A stretch of 64,000 bases of DNA from Alphaproteobacteria bacterium (GTDB lineage Bacteria > Pseudomonadota > Alphaproteobacteria > Thalassobaculales > Thalassobaculaceae). The stretch covers positions 2,487-66,486 of the forward strand of contig JABMNR010000089.1 of NCBI GenBank assembly GCA_013203465.1, read 5' to 3'. Below, in pieces: positions 9,622 to 19,258 of this stretch. Numbering within the stretch: the first letter of the stretch is position 1; every line of letters begins with the position of its first letter. Below the pieces are notes generated by a model. The model was not told where the DNA came from. It saw nothing but the letters and a program-made list of their open reading frames with translations, and did not search any database. The position numbers and the translations under genes were made by a program.

Positions 9622-9642
9622 AATTCGCAAAAAGAACGAATT
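9622..9642. promoter_or_regulatory. inverted repeat AATTCG-N9-CGAATT (LysR-type T-N11-A-like box)
   Basis: Read directly in the AT-rich divergent region between the 62-aa gene and the LysR gene, about 25 nt upstream of the LysR start. Confidence 0.35.
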
Positions 9643-9665
9643 ATGAAAAACTGGGAAGGAAACCC

Positions 9666-10637
9666 ATGGATGTGTTAACCGGGATGGCGATCTTCACCGC
9701 CGTCGTCGAAAATAATTCACTCGCGGGCGCTGCCCGGCATTTGAACCTATCGCCTTCGGTCGTGTCGAAGCAGCTTTCCGCGCTGGAGGATCGGCTCGGT
9801 GTCCGATTGCTCAACCGCACCACGCGCCGGGTCAGCCTGACCGAGGTCGGCTCGGCCTATTACGAGCGATGCAAGCGCATTCTGGCCGACGTTGACGAGG
9901 CGGAAGCGGCGGTCACCACCGCCCACAGCTCGCCGCGCGGCCTGCTGAAAATCACAGCACCCACGACCTTCGCGCACCGGCACGTGGCGCCGCATCTTGC
10001 CGCCTTCATAGACCGCTTCCCCGAGGTGCAGGTTCAGCTTCTGGTCTCGGATCGCCTGGTGGATCTGGTCGAGGAAGGGGTCGACCTGGCGATCCGCATC
10101 GCGCAGCTCAAGGACTCGTCGCTGATCGCGCGCAAACTGGCACCGAACCATCGAAAACTGGTCGCCTCGCCTGAATATCTGAAGCGGTGGGGCACGCCGA
10201 GCAAGCCGGAGCATGTGAACGACCACGCGGTCGTCAGCTTGCTGCCGGGAAACCCCATCAACGACTGGCATTTCGTGGTCGATGGCGAGGAAACCGTGAT
10301 CCGCGCCAAGGGTGATATTGTAACCAACAATGGCGATGCCATCCTGGAGCTAGCGCTTTCCGGTGCCGGGTTGGCGATGCTGGCGGCGCACGTGGTCGGC
10401 GAGTATCTGCAATGCGCCAAGCTGGTCTCGGTGTTGGATGAGTACGTACGTGAGGATGTGCCGATCTATGCGGTTTACCCGTCCAACCGGCACCTGTCGC
10501 CCAAGGTGCGGGCTTTTGTCGATTTCCTGATCGAGATGTACGGGCCACGACCCTATTGGTTGGACGCCACCGCCACACCAACCGCCGGTCCGAGTGGCGC
10601 ATCGCGCATCCGCACGACGGCCAGCGTCACCGGCTGA
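9666..10637 (+). CDS. LysR-family transcriptional regulator
   Basis: N-terminal wHTH FTAVVENNSLAGAARHLNLSPSVVSKQLSALEDRLGVRLLNRTTRRVSLTEVG plus a substrate-binding domain of typical length. Confidence 0.9.
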   Translation: MDVLTGMAIFTAVVENNSLAGAARHLNLSPSVVSKQLSALEDRLGVRLLNRTTRRVSLTEVGSAYYERCKRILADVDEAEAAVTTAHSSPRGLLKITAPTTFAHRHVAPHLAAFIDRFPEVQVQLLVSDRLVDLVEEGVDLAIRIAQLKDSSLIARKLAPNHRKLVASPEYLKRWGTPSKPEHVNDHAVVSLLPGNPINDWHFVVDGEETVIRAKGDIVTNNGDAILELALSGAGLAMLAAHVVGEYLQCAKLVSVLDEYVREDVPIYAVYPSNRHLSPKVRAFVDFLIEMYGPRPYWLDATATPTAGPSGASRIRTTASVTG

Positions 10638-10645
10638 GGTGCGGA

Positions 10646-11491
10646 ATGACCCCGGCCACAGCGCACATGCCTATCGCGCCGATATGTCGTGTAGTCCTGT
10701 TCGCGTTCCTGGTAGCCGTGCTTTCACCGCCAGCGGTGGCACAGGAACGCTTGATTCCCAACCTGTCGCCCAAGGCCGAAGAGCGCGTCCTGTTCGTGGC
10801 TGGCAACACCCTGTTTTCCTTGCATCACGAGACCGCGCACGCGCTGATCGACCAGCTTGACCTGCCGGTCCTCGGCCGGGAGGAGGACGCAGCCGACGCT
10901 TATGCAACTCTTGCCATGCTACCGGAACCACCGACGCCGCTGGCCGATGCTCTGTTGCTTGCCGCCGCCGATGGTTGGTTGTTCTACGCCGAGACCGCGC
11001 CGATCGACCAGCTCGCCTACATCGACGCGCACCCGTTGGACGAACAACGGTTCTATCGCACCGCCTGCTTGATCGTCGGATCCGATATCGAAGGGTTTTT
11101 CGATTATGGCCTCGATGTCGGTCTGACCGTGGAACGGATCGAGGAATGCCCAGCGCTGTGGCAGGATACCCGTCGTGGCTGGGAACGTTTGCTGGCACCG
11201 CACCGGCGTGCGGGCAATCCTCCAGCCGCCTCGCTGTTTCCGGCGACCTGGAGCGATCCCCCGGCCCAGTTGTCGCACGAGATCGGCTTCTTACGGTCCA
11301 GTGGTCTCGTCGCCAACGCCACGCGGAAAACCAGCGACGCCTACACGATGCCGCAACCGGTCATGGTTCAGTTTCGTGATTGTGGTGAGCCGGCGGCATT
11401 CTACGATCCGGACACACCCAGCATCACACTCTGCTACGAATTGCTCGCCGAATTTGGCAACCTCTTCGATCAGGCGGTTGGCGTCGAATGA
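10646..11491 (+). CDS. secreted putative metallopeptidase (DUF4344-like, HExxH)
   Basis: Track ORF 10556..11491. Start moved to MTPATAHMPIAP... because a signal peptide ending AVAQE follows. HETAH (HExxH) motif at LHHETAHALID. Confidence 0.55.
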   Translation: MTPATAHMPIAPICRVVLFAFLVAVLSPPAVAQERLIPNLSPKAEERVLFVAGNTLFSLHHETAHALIDQLDLPVLGREEDAADAYATLAMLPEPPTPLADALLLAAADGWLFYAETAPIDQLAYIDAHPLDEQRFYRTACLIVGSDIEGFFDYGLDVGLTVERIEECPALWQDTRRGWERLLAPHRRAGNPPAASLFPATWSDPPAQLSHEIGFLRSSGLVANATRKTSDAYTMPQPVMVQFRDCGEPAAFYDPDTPSITLCYELLAEFGNLFDQAVGVE

Positions 11492-11593
11492 CCGTGGATC
11501 TCGCAACACACCATCTTGCTTGATTCAACCGTCGCCCCGACGCACCGTCCGGTCACATTTCGAACACCAGCCTGCCTATCAGGAGGAGACACG

Positions 11594-12880
11594 ATGGCCC
11601 GTTGGCTCAAGACCGCGCGCGCCGAGGAAGAGCGCCAAGCCGAGGACACGAAGGTGCGGCAGGTGGTGGAGACCACCCTTGCCGACATCGGCGCCCGAGG
11701 CGACGCCGCGGTGCGCGCGCTGTCCGAGAAATTCGACGGCTGGTCGCCCGAGCGGTTCCGCCTGTCGGAGGAGGAAATCGCACGCTGTGTCGCCGAGGTC
11801 GACGCCGCTGACATCGAAGATATCCGGTTCGCGCAAACCCAAGTCAGAAACTTCGCGCAATATCAAAAGAACGCATTTCAAGATATTGAAATTGAAACAA
11901 TTCCTGGCGTCATACTTGGTCATAAAAATATCCCGGTAAACGCCGTCGGGTCATACGTGCCGGGTGGCAAATATCCGATGGTCGCCTCGGCCCATATGAG
12001 CGTGGTGACCGCCAAGGTCGCGGGCGTGGGACGCATCGCCACCTGCGCGCCACCCTACCAAGGCCGGCCGAACCCGGCCATCGTCGCCGCCCAACATCTG
12101 GGTGGTGCCGATGAGATTTATTGTCTCGGCGGCATTCAGGCAGTGGGGGCGATGGCGCTCGGCACCGAGAGCATCGCGCCGGTCGACATGCTGGTCGGAC
12201 CCGGCAATGCCTTCGTGGCGGAAGCCAAGCGGCAGTTGTTCGGCCGGGTCGGCATCGATCTGTTCGCCGGGCCGACCGAGACCCTGATCCTGGCCGACGA
12301 CACCGTGGATGGCGAAATCTGCGCCGCCGATCTGCTTGGCCAGGCCGAGCATGGCCCGACCTCGCCGGCGATCCTGGTCACCGACTCCGAGAAACTCGCC
12401 CGCGACACCATGGCCGAAGTCGCGCGGCAATTGACGATCCTGTCGACCGCCGAGGTCGCCGGCCAGGCTTGGAACGATTACGGCCAGGTGATCGTCTGCG
12501 ACGGTCTGGACGAGATGATCCACGTCGCCGACGATATCGCCAGCGAGCATGTCCAGGTCATGACCCGTGACGACGATCGGTTCCTGCGGGAGATGACCAA
12601 CTATGGCGCCCTGTTCCTCGGGCCACGGACCAACGTGTCCTACGGCGACAAAGTGATCGGCACCAACCACACCCTGCCAACCAGGAAGGCGGCGCGCTAC
12701 ACTGGCGGGCTGTGGGTCGGCAAGTTCATGAAGACCTGCACCTATCAGCGGATACTGACCGACGAGGCGACGACCCGGGTGGGCGAAGTTTGCTCGCGGC
12801 TGTGTGCGCTCGAAGGTTTCGCCGGCCACAAGGAACAGGCCGATATCCGGGTTCGCCGGTATGGAGGCAAGAATGCCTGA
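11594..12880 (+). CDS. histidinol dehydrogenase-family NAD-dependent dehydrogenase (paralog outside a his operon)
   Basis: Track ORF 11516..12880. ATG 11594 has AGGAGGAG 6 nt upstream. HisD-type motifs [12 protein letters not shown] and [10 protein letters not shown]. Confidence 0.85.
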   Translation: MARWLKTARAEEERQAEDTKVRQVVETTLADIGARGDAAVRALSEKFDGWSPERFRLSEEEIARCVAEVDAADIEDIRFAQTQVRNFAQYQKNAFQDIEIETIPGVILGHKNIPVNAVGSYVPGGKYPMVASAHMSVVTAKVAGVGRIATCAPPYQGRPNPAIVAAQHLGGADEIYCLGGIQAVGAMALGTESIAPVDMLVGPGNAFVAEAKRQLFGRVGIDLFAGPTETLILADDTVDGEICAADLLGQAEHGPTSPAILVTDSEKLARDTMAEVARQLTILSTAEVAGQAWNDYGQVIVCDGLDEMIHVADDIASEHVQVMTRDDDRFLREMTNYGALFLGPRTNVSYGDKVIGTNHTLPTRKAARYTGGLWVGKFMKTCTYQRILTDEATTRVGEVCSRLCALEGFAGHKEQADIRVRRYGGKNA

Positions 12881-13661
12881 GGCGACACGGGACGATCGAC
12901 CGATCCGGGTCGCCGAGAGGTTCCGGCTCGACGGCAAGCGGGTTCTGATCACCGGCGCCGGACGCGGCTTGGGTGCCGCCTGCGCCGAGGCCTTAGCCGA
13001 AGCCGGCGCCCATGTGGTGCTGATGAGCCGGAGTGCCGAACCGCTGGACGCCATGGCCGCTAAGATCGCCACCGCCGGTGGCAGCGCCGAAACCGTGGTT
13101 CAGGACGTCACCGACATCGAGGCCACCATGGCGTCGATCGACACACTGGGACCGCTGGACGGGTTGGTGAACAATGCCGGTTCGAACCAGCCCGAGCCGT
13201 TTATCGAGGTTGCGGTCGATACTTATGACCGGCTGTTCGGTGTGAACGTGCGCGCCTGTTTCTTCGCCGCCCAGGCGGCGGCGAAAGGCATGATCGCGGG
13301 TGGCGTCAAGGGCAGCATCGTCAACATGTCGAGCCAGATGGGTCATGTCGGCGCCCCCAACCGCACCGTCTATTGCGCGAGCAAGCACGCCATGGAGGGG
13401 CTGACCAAGGCCATGGCCTGGGACCTCGGCTCCAGCGGCATTCGGGTCAACACGGTCTGTCCGACCTTCGTCGAAACCCCTCTGACCCGGCCATTCTTCG
13501 AGGACCCGGCCTTCAAGGCCGACACCCTGTCGCGCATCGCCCTGGGTGGGCTCGGTCAGCTTGAAGACGTGGCCGCCGCCGTGCTGTATCTGATCGCCCC
13601 CGCCTCGGGCACGACCACCGGCTCGGCGGTGATGGTCGATGGTGGTTGGACGGCACGGTAG
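12873..13661 (+). CDS. short-chain dehydrogenase/reductase (SDR)
   Basis: TGAGRGLG cofactor motif, NNAG, catalytic YCASKHA (YxxxK). The start overlaps the upstream stop (ATGCCTGA). Confidence 0.9.
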   Translation: MPEATRDDRPIRVAERFRLDGKRVLITGAGRGLGAACAEALAEAGAHVVLMSRSAEPLDAMAAKIATAGGSAETVVQDVTDIEATMASIDTLGPLDGLVNNAGSNQPEPFIEVAVDTYDRLFGVNVRACFFAAQAAAKGMIAGGVKGSIVNMSSQMGHVGAPNRTVYCASKHAMEGLTKAMAWDLGSSGIRVNTVCPTFVETPLTRPFFEDPAFKADTLSRIALGGLGQLEDVAAAVLYLIAPASGTTTGSAVMVDGGWTAR

Positions 13662-13946
13662 CCCTCGGCACGGCCCAACATCAGCGGCCGATGCGCCGTT
13701 GCCAACGTTTTCGACCACAGGATTTGATAGTCGGCGTGGCGAACCACGCGCGCGCGATTATGGTAGCTGAGCATCGGAGGCTCCCTTGGTGTCGATATCA
13801 TGGAGATGATGCCGACAATTTGGAACCAAAGGTGAACTTTAAGGATGCATTAGTTCTAAATAGGATTTAATTAACAACAACTCTGAACGCGGTTTCGAAA
13901 CTGAAGAAACAGTTATTAAGGTACCTTCATATCGATACCGGATTGA

Positions 13947-14189
13947 TCATGGGAGCCAATCGGCGATCACGAACGGCACCCGCGCGCGCGGGACTTCTGG
14001 ATGGTGCCAGGCATAGACCGCCTCGGCCGCCTCGAACGCCACCTTCTCCTCGGCGCCGGCCCGCTTCAACGCGGCATAGGCACGTGTCACCGCTTGATGA
14101 CAAGAGGCCGACGCCCCGCACTCGTCCGGTGGACACGCGTGCGTCACCTCGACCGGTTGGGACAGTCTGTCGTCGAATTGCCGTGCCAT
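13947..14189 (-). CDS. small hypothetical protein (80 aa)
   Basis: GAGGGGA about 9 nt upstream of ATG 14189 and high GC3. Lies 33 nt downstream of the Fur-family gene on the same strand. Confidence 0.5.
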   Translation of the reverse strand: MARQFDDRLSQPVEVTHACPPDECGASASCHQAVTRAYAALKRAGAEEKVAFEAAEAVYAWHHPEVPRARVPFVIADWLP

Positions 14190-14222
14190 GGCGGTTGGTC
14201 CCCTCGTCTCGATCCTGAGTGT

Positions 14223-14678
14223 TCAGTGCTTCTTGGGTGTCCGCACCCCGAACAACTCGAGGTGGTGATCCACCAACTTAAATCCTAGATCGCGTGCGAT
14301 GCGTTTCTTCAGGTCCTCAAGTTCCTGATTGTAGAACTCGATCACCTCGCCGGTTTCAACATCGATCATATGATGATGATGATCTTCCGGACCCGACGCC
14401 TTCTCGTAGCGCGCTCGACCATCACCGAAGTCACGTTTCGAGACGACCGCCATTTCCTCGAACAACTTCATCGTCCGATAGATCGTCGCCATCGAGATCG
14501 CCGGGTCGATCGCCTTGACCCGGTCGTACAACTCCTCGGCGTCGGGATGATCCTCGGAATCCGACAGCACGCGCGCGATCACTCGCCGTGGCTCGGTCAT
14601 GCGCAGGCCGCGCTCGGCGCACAAATCCTCGATTCGGGACATCACGCCGCGTCGGCTAGCCGCTTCCTGCATCGCCAC
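14223..14678 (-). CDS. Fur-family transcriptional regulator, Irr-like
   Basis: Fur fold (TEPRRVIARVL, ATIYRTMKLFEE). It has a HHHH run (PEDHHHHMID) and lacks the CxxC zinc pairs of classical Fur, as in Irr proteins. Confidence 0.75.
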   Translation of the reverse strand: MAMQEAASRRGVMSRIEDLCAERGLRMTEPRRVIARVLSDSEDHPDAEELYDRVKAIDPAISMATIYRTMKLFEEMAVVSKRDFGDGRARYEKASGPEDHHHHMIDVETGEVIEFYNQELEDLKKRIARDLGFKLVDHHLELFGVRTPKKH

Positions 14679-14695
14679 GATCCCGCCGCCCTCGC

Positions 14696-15238
14696 TCAGT
14701 TCACGCCGACACTTTGGATGACCTCGGCCTTACCCTTCTCGACGTCGAATTTCAGCCGGTCGATCGCCGCCAGATCGGTGCCCGTTACCCGGACGAACCG
14801 TGCATCGGCTGGATAGTCGATCTGGTGGATCGCACCAACGTCATAGAGACCGGCCTTGCCCGGCGTCAGTCGATAGGTGGTGACATGCTCCAACCTGGCT
14901 TCGCCTTCGCCCGCCCCGTCGTCGAGCCGACGATACTCGCTCATGTCGGTGTACTCAGCCGCCTGACCATAGATCGCCCAGGACGCGCCGTGATCATGCG
15001 GTGGCGACTTGCGAGGCTCCTTATTGATATGGGCCAGGACCACGAAATCGAGTTCCGGATCGCGGTACAGCTGATGGGTGCCGTACTCGGCGCCCGGTCC
15101 GCACACTTCATCCACGAACGCCTTGTTGGTCAGCAATTGCTCCAGCTTTCGACGGATCTCCTCGCGGCCACCCGGTCCCGGATTGGCCTTCAGCGCCTCA
15201 TGCGCATCGCCACAGAACGCCTCGAAACTGTAAACCAT
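14696..15238 (-). CDS. cupin-fold metalloprotein (cysteine-dioxygenase-type-I-like)
   Basis: 180 aa. PPHDHGASWAIYG metal-binding-like strand. 17 nt upstream of the Irr-like gene on the same strand. Confidence 0.55.
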   Translation of the reverse strand: MVYSFEAFCGDAHEALKANPGPGGREEIRRKLEQLLTNKAFVDEVCGPGAEYGTHQLYRDPELDFVVLAHINKEPRKSPPHDHGASWAIYGQAAEYTDMSEYRRLDDGAGEGEARLEHVTTYRLTPGKAGLYDVGAIHQIDYPADARFVRVTGTDLAAIDRLKFDVEKGKAEVIQSVGVN

Positions 15239-15386
15239 GCTCTTCCTCCCTCACGCCGCCGTCCGCCACACTGGCCATACGACACGAAACACACTGCCGA
15301 AGACTACGCCAAGGGGGCGGCCAGCGTCGACCATCATGACCAGCGACCCGTACCCAGGCACACGCTTCCGAGACAACAGTGGATGC

Positions 15387-15959
15387 TCAGCGCACGAAAG
15401 ACCGCGATCGTTGCTTAGCCACGGCACCGATCGTGAACTCGAAACACGCCAGCACCTGATCGATCCGCATGCCATCGGTCGTCAGCGGCACCGCGATGCG
15501 GTCGAAGGTGATGTATTTGCGGTCCTCGACGGGGCCGCGACTGCGCAGATATTGTGGCAGGCGGGTAGCGAATAACTCGTCGTAGATCGGCACCAGCACA
15601 TCATAAAAATAAGGCTCGTATACTTCATCCATATACCGCCCTGTCGGATTGGTTCCAAGGAACCGCGCGGTGTTGCCACCAACCAACCGGTACTTCAAGC
15701 GGCTCCAGCGGTCGTCGCGATATTCGACATCCCAAAGAATCAAACCCGGCAAGAAGGATGGGATTTCCATGGGATCGAAGGTGGATCGAAACGGCACATT
15801 GATCGGCGCGCGCGGCAAGTCGCTCATGTGAAGGAGGAAACGGTCCAACAGCTTGGACAACTCAGGTTCCTCACCCCAGGCCAGTGGAAAATGCTCCTGG
15901 GGTGCGTCTCGATCGGTCCCGATTCGAGACTTTGATATTGAAGAACGTCGATCACCCAC
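15387..15959 (-). CDS. PAS-domain protein (PAS_5 / PF07310-like)
   Basis: FDPMEIPSFLPGLILWDVEYRDDRWSRLKYRLVGGNTARFLGTNPTGRYMDEV matches the alphaproteobacterial stand-alone PAS_5 pattern as I recall it. Confidence 0.65.
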   Translation of the reverse strand: MGDRRSSISKSRIGTDRDAPQEHFPLAWGEEPELSKLLDRFLLHMSDLPRAPINVPFRSTFDPMEIPSFLPGLILWDVEYRDDRWSRLKYRLVGGNTARFLGTNPTGRYMDEVYEPYFYDVLVPIYDELFATRLPQYLRSRGPVEDRKYITFDRIAVPLTTDGMRIDQVLACFEFTIGAVAKQRSRSFVR

Positions 15960-16047
15960 CGGTGTTCCGCCCTCCTCAACCCTTTATCGTCGCGTATCAG
16001 AAGAGTTTAGCGCATTTCAACGCCATGCTCGACGTTATTGTCCGGCT

Positions 16048-16851
16048 CTACGCTTGGTGTACCGAACGGAAATCGTAGAGTTCGGCAGCGGTATGGCTCA
16101 GAACGCGGGTGCGCGCGTCGGCGGCCGCCACCCATGTCGTGACACTGTCGAGGCAGGCCTGATACGATCGTCCCGCCTCATGCCGGGTCCACGGATAGTC
16201 ACTGCCCCAGAGCAGGCCAGCCGGGCCAAACGCCTCCAACAGCCCCGGCATCAGTGCCTCTGGCGCGACTCCACCCAGCCGATAGGGTGCGGACAGCTTG
16301 ACCCGATGCCGGTCATCGCGGCCGAGATCGAGAATGGAGCGCCACTCCGGATCCTCGGCGCCAAGGTGAGGATCTGGGCGGCCGAAGTGGTCGACCACCA
16401 CCACCGCACCCGCCGCCACAATCGGTGGCAAAACCTTGGGCGCCATCGACGCGTCGAGATGCAGTTGGATGTGCAATCCCGCCACGACCGCCCGCGCGAA
16501 CAGTCCGCGCCAGCTATCGGTCGACACATCCGGCACCACGCCATGGATGATGTTCAGACGCAGTCCCGTCACACCGGCGGCCCGCAAATCCTCCAGCGCG
16601 CCCGATGTCGTCTCGGTATCGACCACCGCCACGCCCCGAAATCGGTCCGGATGTTTAGCCAACGCCTCCAGAAGATAGCCGTTGTCAGTGCCGAGAAAAC
16701 TCGGTTGTACCAGCACCGCGCCGTCAACGCCGTGCGCGTCCATGACCGACAACATGGTATCCATCGGCGTCGGGTGGTCGGGTGTGTAACTTCGTTCCGG
16801 CCAGAGCGGGGTATCGGCGGCCCATACGTGGACGTGACTGTCGATGATCAT
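16048..16851 (-). CDS. amidohydrolase-2 family metal-dependent hydrolase
   Basis: Starts MIIDSHVHVW (HxH metal motif). TIM-barrel hydrolase length, C-terminal GSDYPW. Confidence 0.8.
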   Translation of the reverse strand: MIIDSHVHVWAADTPLWPERSYTPDHPTPMDTMLSVMDAHGVDGAVLVQPSFLGTDNGYLLEALAKHPDRFRGVAVVDTETTSGALEDLRAAGVTGLRLNIIHGVVPDVSTDSWRGLFARAVVAGLHIQLHLDASMAPKVLPPIVAAGAVVVVDHFGRPDPHLGAEDPEWRSILDLGRDDRHRVKLSAPYRLGGVAPEALMPGLLEAFGPAGLLWGSDYPWTRHEAGRSYQACLDSVTTWVAAADARTRVLSHTAAELYDFRSVHQA

Positions 16852-16857
16852 CGGTGG

Positions 16858-17709
16858 TCAGCTATCGACGTGAGCGGCCTTGCCCTCGACGCCCTTGTAG
16901 AGAACGCTCTGTCGGAACGCCATGATCCGGGCATGCTCGGCAAGCGCCGCCGCGTCCATGTCGGCCTCGGGCGGCGTCTCGTGGATGAAATTGCCGTATC
17001 GGTCCTCGCCACGCACCAGCAAGGCCGAGTCCTTATCGCCATTTATTTGCCGGACATGCGGGGCGACATAGCGCACCGCCACGCCGATACGCCGGTCATC
17101 GCTGTTATTCGGCTCGGAAGCATGCGCCGCCAGCACATGATGCAGCGAGATCTCACCCGGCTCCAACGCCATCAGCACGGCGTCGGCCTCATTGACCTCG
17201 ACCGCGATTTCCTGACCTCGGGTCAACAGGTTTTCCTTGGCCAAGGTATCGCGGTGCTCCAATTGCTGCCATTTGTGGCTGCCCGGGATGATTTTCATCG
17301 CTCCACTCTCGGCCGTCGCCGGCGACAATGCGATCCAGGCGGTCACCACGTCCGGTTTGTCGAGACCCCAATAGGTCGCGTCCTGGTGCCAGGTGACGTA
17401 GCTCGGAGTGTGGGCGTCCTTGACGAACAGCGAGCAGCCCCAGGCCAGGATATCCGGCCCCAGTACATCCTCCACCGCGTCCAGGATGCGCGGATGCATC
17501 GCCAACTCCGCCACCCAGGTCTTCAGCAGATAGAGCTTCTGCCCCTTGGACAACTCATACCAACCGCCGTTCGCCGCTTCATACGCCTCGAACCGTTCGC
17601 GAAACGCCGCAGCGGTTGCGGCATCCATGATCCGGATCGGCGCCGCGTAGCCCTCGCGGTGATATTGCTCGATCAAGTCCCGGTCGAGAATGTGGCCCAT
17701 GTTGATCAT
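16858..17709 (-). CDS. phytanoyl-CoA dioxygenase (PhyH) family Fe(II)/2-oxoglutarate oxygenase
   Basis: 283 aa. WHQDATYW (HxD facial triad), distal His in SLHHVLAAH. 6 nt upstream of the amidohydrolase gene. Confidence 0.8.
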   Translation of the reverse strand: MINMGHILDRDLIEQYHREGYAAPIRIMDAATAAAFRERFEAYEAANGGWYELSKGQKLYLLKTWVAELAMHPRILDAVEDVLGPDILAWGCSLFVKDAHTPSYVTWHQDATYWGLDKPDVVTAWIALSPATAESGAMKIIPGSHKWQQLEHRDTLAKENLLTRGQEIAVEVNEADAVLMALEPGEISLHHVLAAHASEPNNSDDRRIGVAVRYVAPHVRQINGDKDSALLVRGEDRYGNFIHETPPEADMDAAALAEHARIMAFRQSVLYKGVEGKAAHVDS

Positions 17710-17966
17710 CCCTGTAGCGTCAAGACAGCACGCCGCCGCCAGAGCCTCGTTGCTGCTAAAATAACTACTCCAACCGAGACCCTCGTTGCCAGTGACAGAT
17801 AGACCGGGGGTACGCCGCAGCCATACGCCGATCTGGTTTTCTCCGCGATACCAGAGGGTTATCTATTTAACGAAAATTCTACACGTATGTTGTGCATAAA
17901 ACATTTTACCCGCGCGTTAAGAGCGTTAAGGTCGGCCTCGGGAGAAAGCGACAGGGCATATTTAGA

Positions 17967-18872
17967 ATGACCGTTAGCCGCGTTCTCATTGTCGACGACA
18001 ATCCCATGAATCTCGAAATCCTCGAACTCGCGGTCCCCAATGACTTTGAGGTGCTGCGTGCGGGTAACGGACACGCTGCGCTGGAGCTCGCCCGCGAACA
18101 ACGGATCGACGCCATCCTGCTCGACGTGATGATGCCGGACCTCGATGGCTTCGAGGTGTGCCGGCGTCTCAAGGCCGATCCCAAGACCCGCGACATCCCT
18201 GTGATCTTCGTCACCTCCCTTGACGATGCAGACGGAGCTGTCCAAGGCTTCGGTGTCGGTGCCGGCGACTACGTCACCCGACCGATCCGCAAGGAGGTTC
18301 TGCGCGCTCGCTTATTGAAACAGATAGCGAGCAGGCGTCGAGAGGAAGAGCTGCTCCGCCGCTCCACCCACGACACACTGACCGATATCGGCAACCGCCG
18401 CCGGTTCGACGAGTACCTGGATCAGCAATGGCGCCTCGCCGAACGCGCGGACTACTGGCTTGGCTTGATCATGCTGGATGTCGATCAGTTCAAGCCGTTC
18501 AACGACGCCTACGGCCACGCCGCCGGGGACGAGGCCTTGCGCGCCATCGCCCTCGCACTGGCCGGTGCGTTGTTCCGGCCGACGGATCTGGTCACCCGTT
18601 ATGGTGGGGAGGAGTTCGCGATCATCCTGCCCGATACCGATCTGGAAGGCAGTTACCACGTGGCCGTGCGGGCCATCGAGGCGGTGCGACAGCGCGCCAT
18701 TCCACACCGCTGTAACTCGGGCATTGGTGTGGTGACGATCAGCGCCGGGGTGGCGTCTCTCGAAAGCGCGTTCGCCGCGCCGGAAGCCTTATTCAAGACA
18801 GCGGACCAGGCGCTGTATCGTGCCAAGAGCGCGGGTGGAAACAAGGTCGTACGTTGCGCCGATCCATTTTGA
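17967..18872 (+). CDS. response regulator receiver fused to GGDEF diguanylate cyclase
   Basis: Track ORF 17892..18872. Start moved to MTVSRVLIVDDNPMN. Receiver Asp in ILLDVMMPDLDG. GGEEF active site and RxxD-like I-site region. Confidence 0.9.
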   Translation: MTVSRVLIVDDNPMNLEILELAVPNDFEVLRAGNGHAALELAREQRIDAILLDVMMPDLDGFEVCRRLKADPKTRDIPVIFVTSLDDADGAVQGFGVGAGDYVTRPIRKEVLRARLLKQIASRRREEELLRRSTHDTLTDIGNRRRFDEYLDQQWRLAERADYWLGLIMLDVDQFKPFNDAYGHAAGDEALRAIALALAGALFRPTDLVTRYGGEEFAIILPDTDLEGSYHVAVRAIEAVRQRAIPHRCNSGIGVVTISAGVASLESAFAAPEALFKTADQALYRAKSAGGNKVVRCADPF

Positions 18873-18918
18873 TTCATCTCAAAGCCAACGGCGGAGAGCG
18901 GCTCTAAGTTCCAACACC

Positions 18919-19221
18919 ATGAAACCTATCACCGATAAGGCGGAAGTATCCGTCGACTTTCCCGACAAGGCCTATATGGGTGTGTTCGGACGGGACAGTG
19001 GCTTCGAGGTGAAAGCAGAGGCCGATGCCACATTGATCCGGTTGGTACACCCGGGCGAGGACCGGCGGGTGGTCGACCTGCACCTGCATCATCATTTACT
19101 GGCCGACCTGATCGACAGCATGGCGGAGCGGTTTCGTCACACGGCCGTCGAGGAAGTGTACCGTTCGCAGCTCTTGTCCGCCGCCGAGCGGCTGGCTGGG
19201 GCGCTGAACAAGAAGCCGTAA
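18919..19221 (+). CDS. hypothetical protein (100 aa)
   Basis: Track ORF 18820..19221. Start moved to ATG 18919 (MKPITDK), 46 nt after the GGDEF gene. No recognisable domain. Confidence 0.45.
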   Translation: MKPITDKAEVSVDFPDKAYMGVFGRDSGFEVKAEADATLIRLVHPGEDRRVVDLHLHHHLLADLIDSMAERFRHTAVEEVYRSQLLSAAERLAGALNKKP

Positions 19222-19258
19222 GGGATCATTGACCAACCGGTTCAGCCCATAGCCCGGT

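Noticed and set aside
13556-13801. 81-aa reverse-strand ORF with a GGGAG-like element before an internal ATG (13774)
   Set aside because: About 100 nt of it overlaps the 3' end of the SDR gene in antisense and it has no recognisable motif. I cannot separate real coding signal from antisense GC3 bias, so I left it uncalled.
13854-13860. TTCTAAA half of the Irr ICE motif (TTTAGAA-N3-TTCTAAA) in the AT-rich spacer, and TTTAGAA at 17961-17967 before the GGDEF gene
   Set aside because: In both places only one half-site is present and the partner half does not match. Isolated 7-mers in AT-rich DNA are not meaningful.
15853-17802. 649-aa ORF on the + strand, the longest unexplained ORF in the track
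   Set aside because: It is entirely antisense to two well-supported genes (amidohydrolase, PhyH dioxygenase). The translation is Arg/His/Pro/Gly-rich low complexity with no motif. This is the typical shadow ORF of high-GC DNA.
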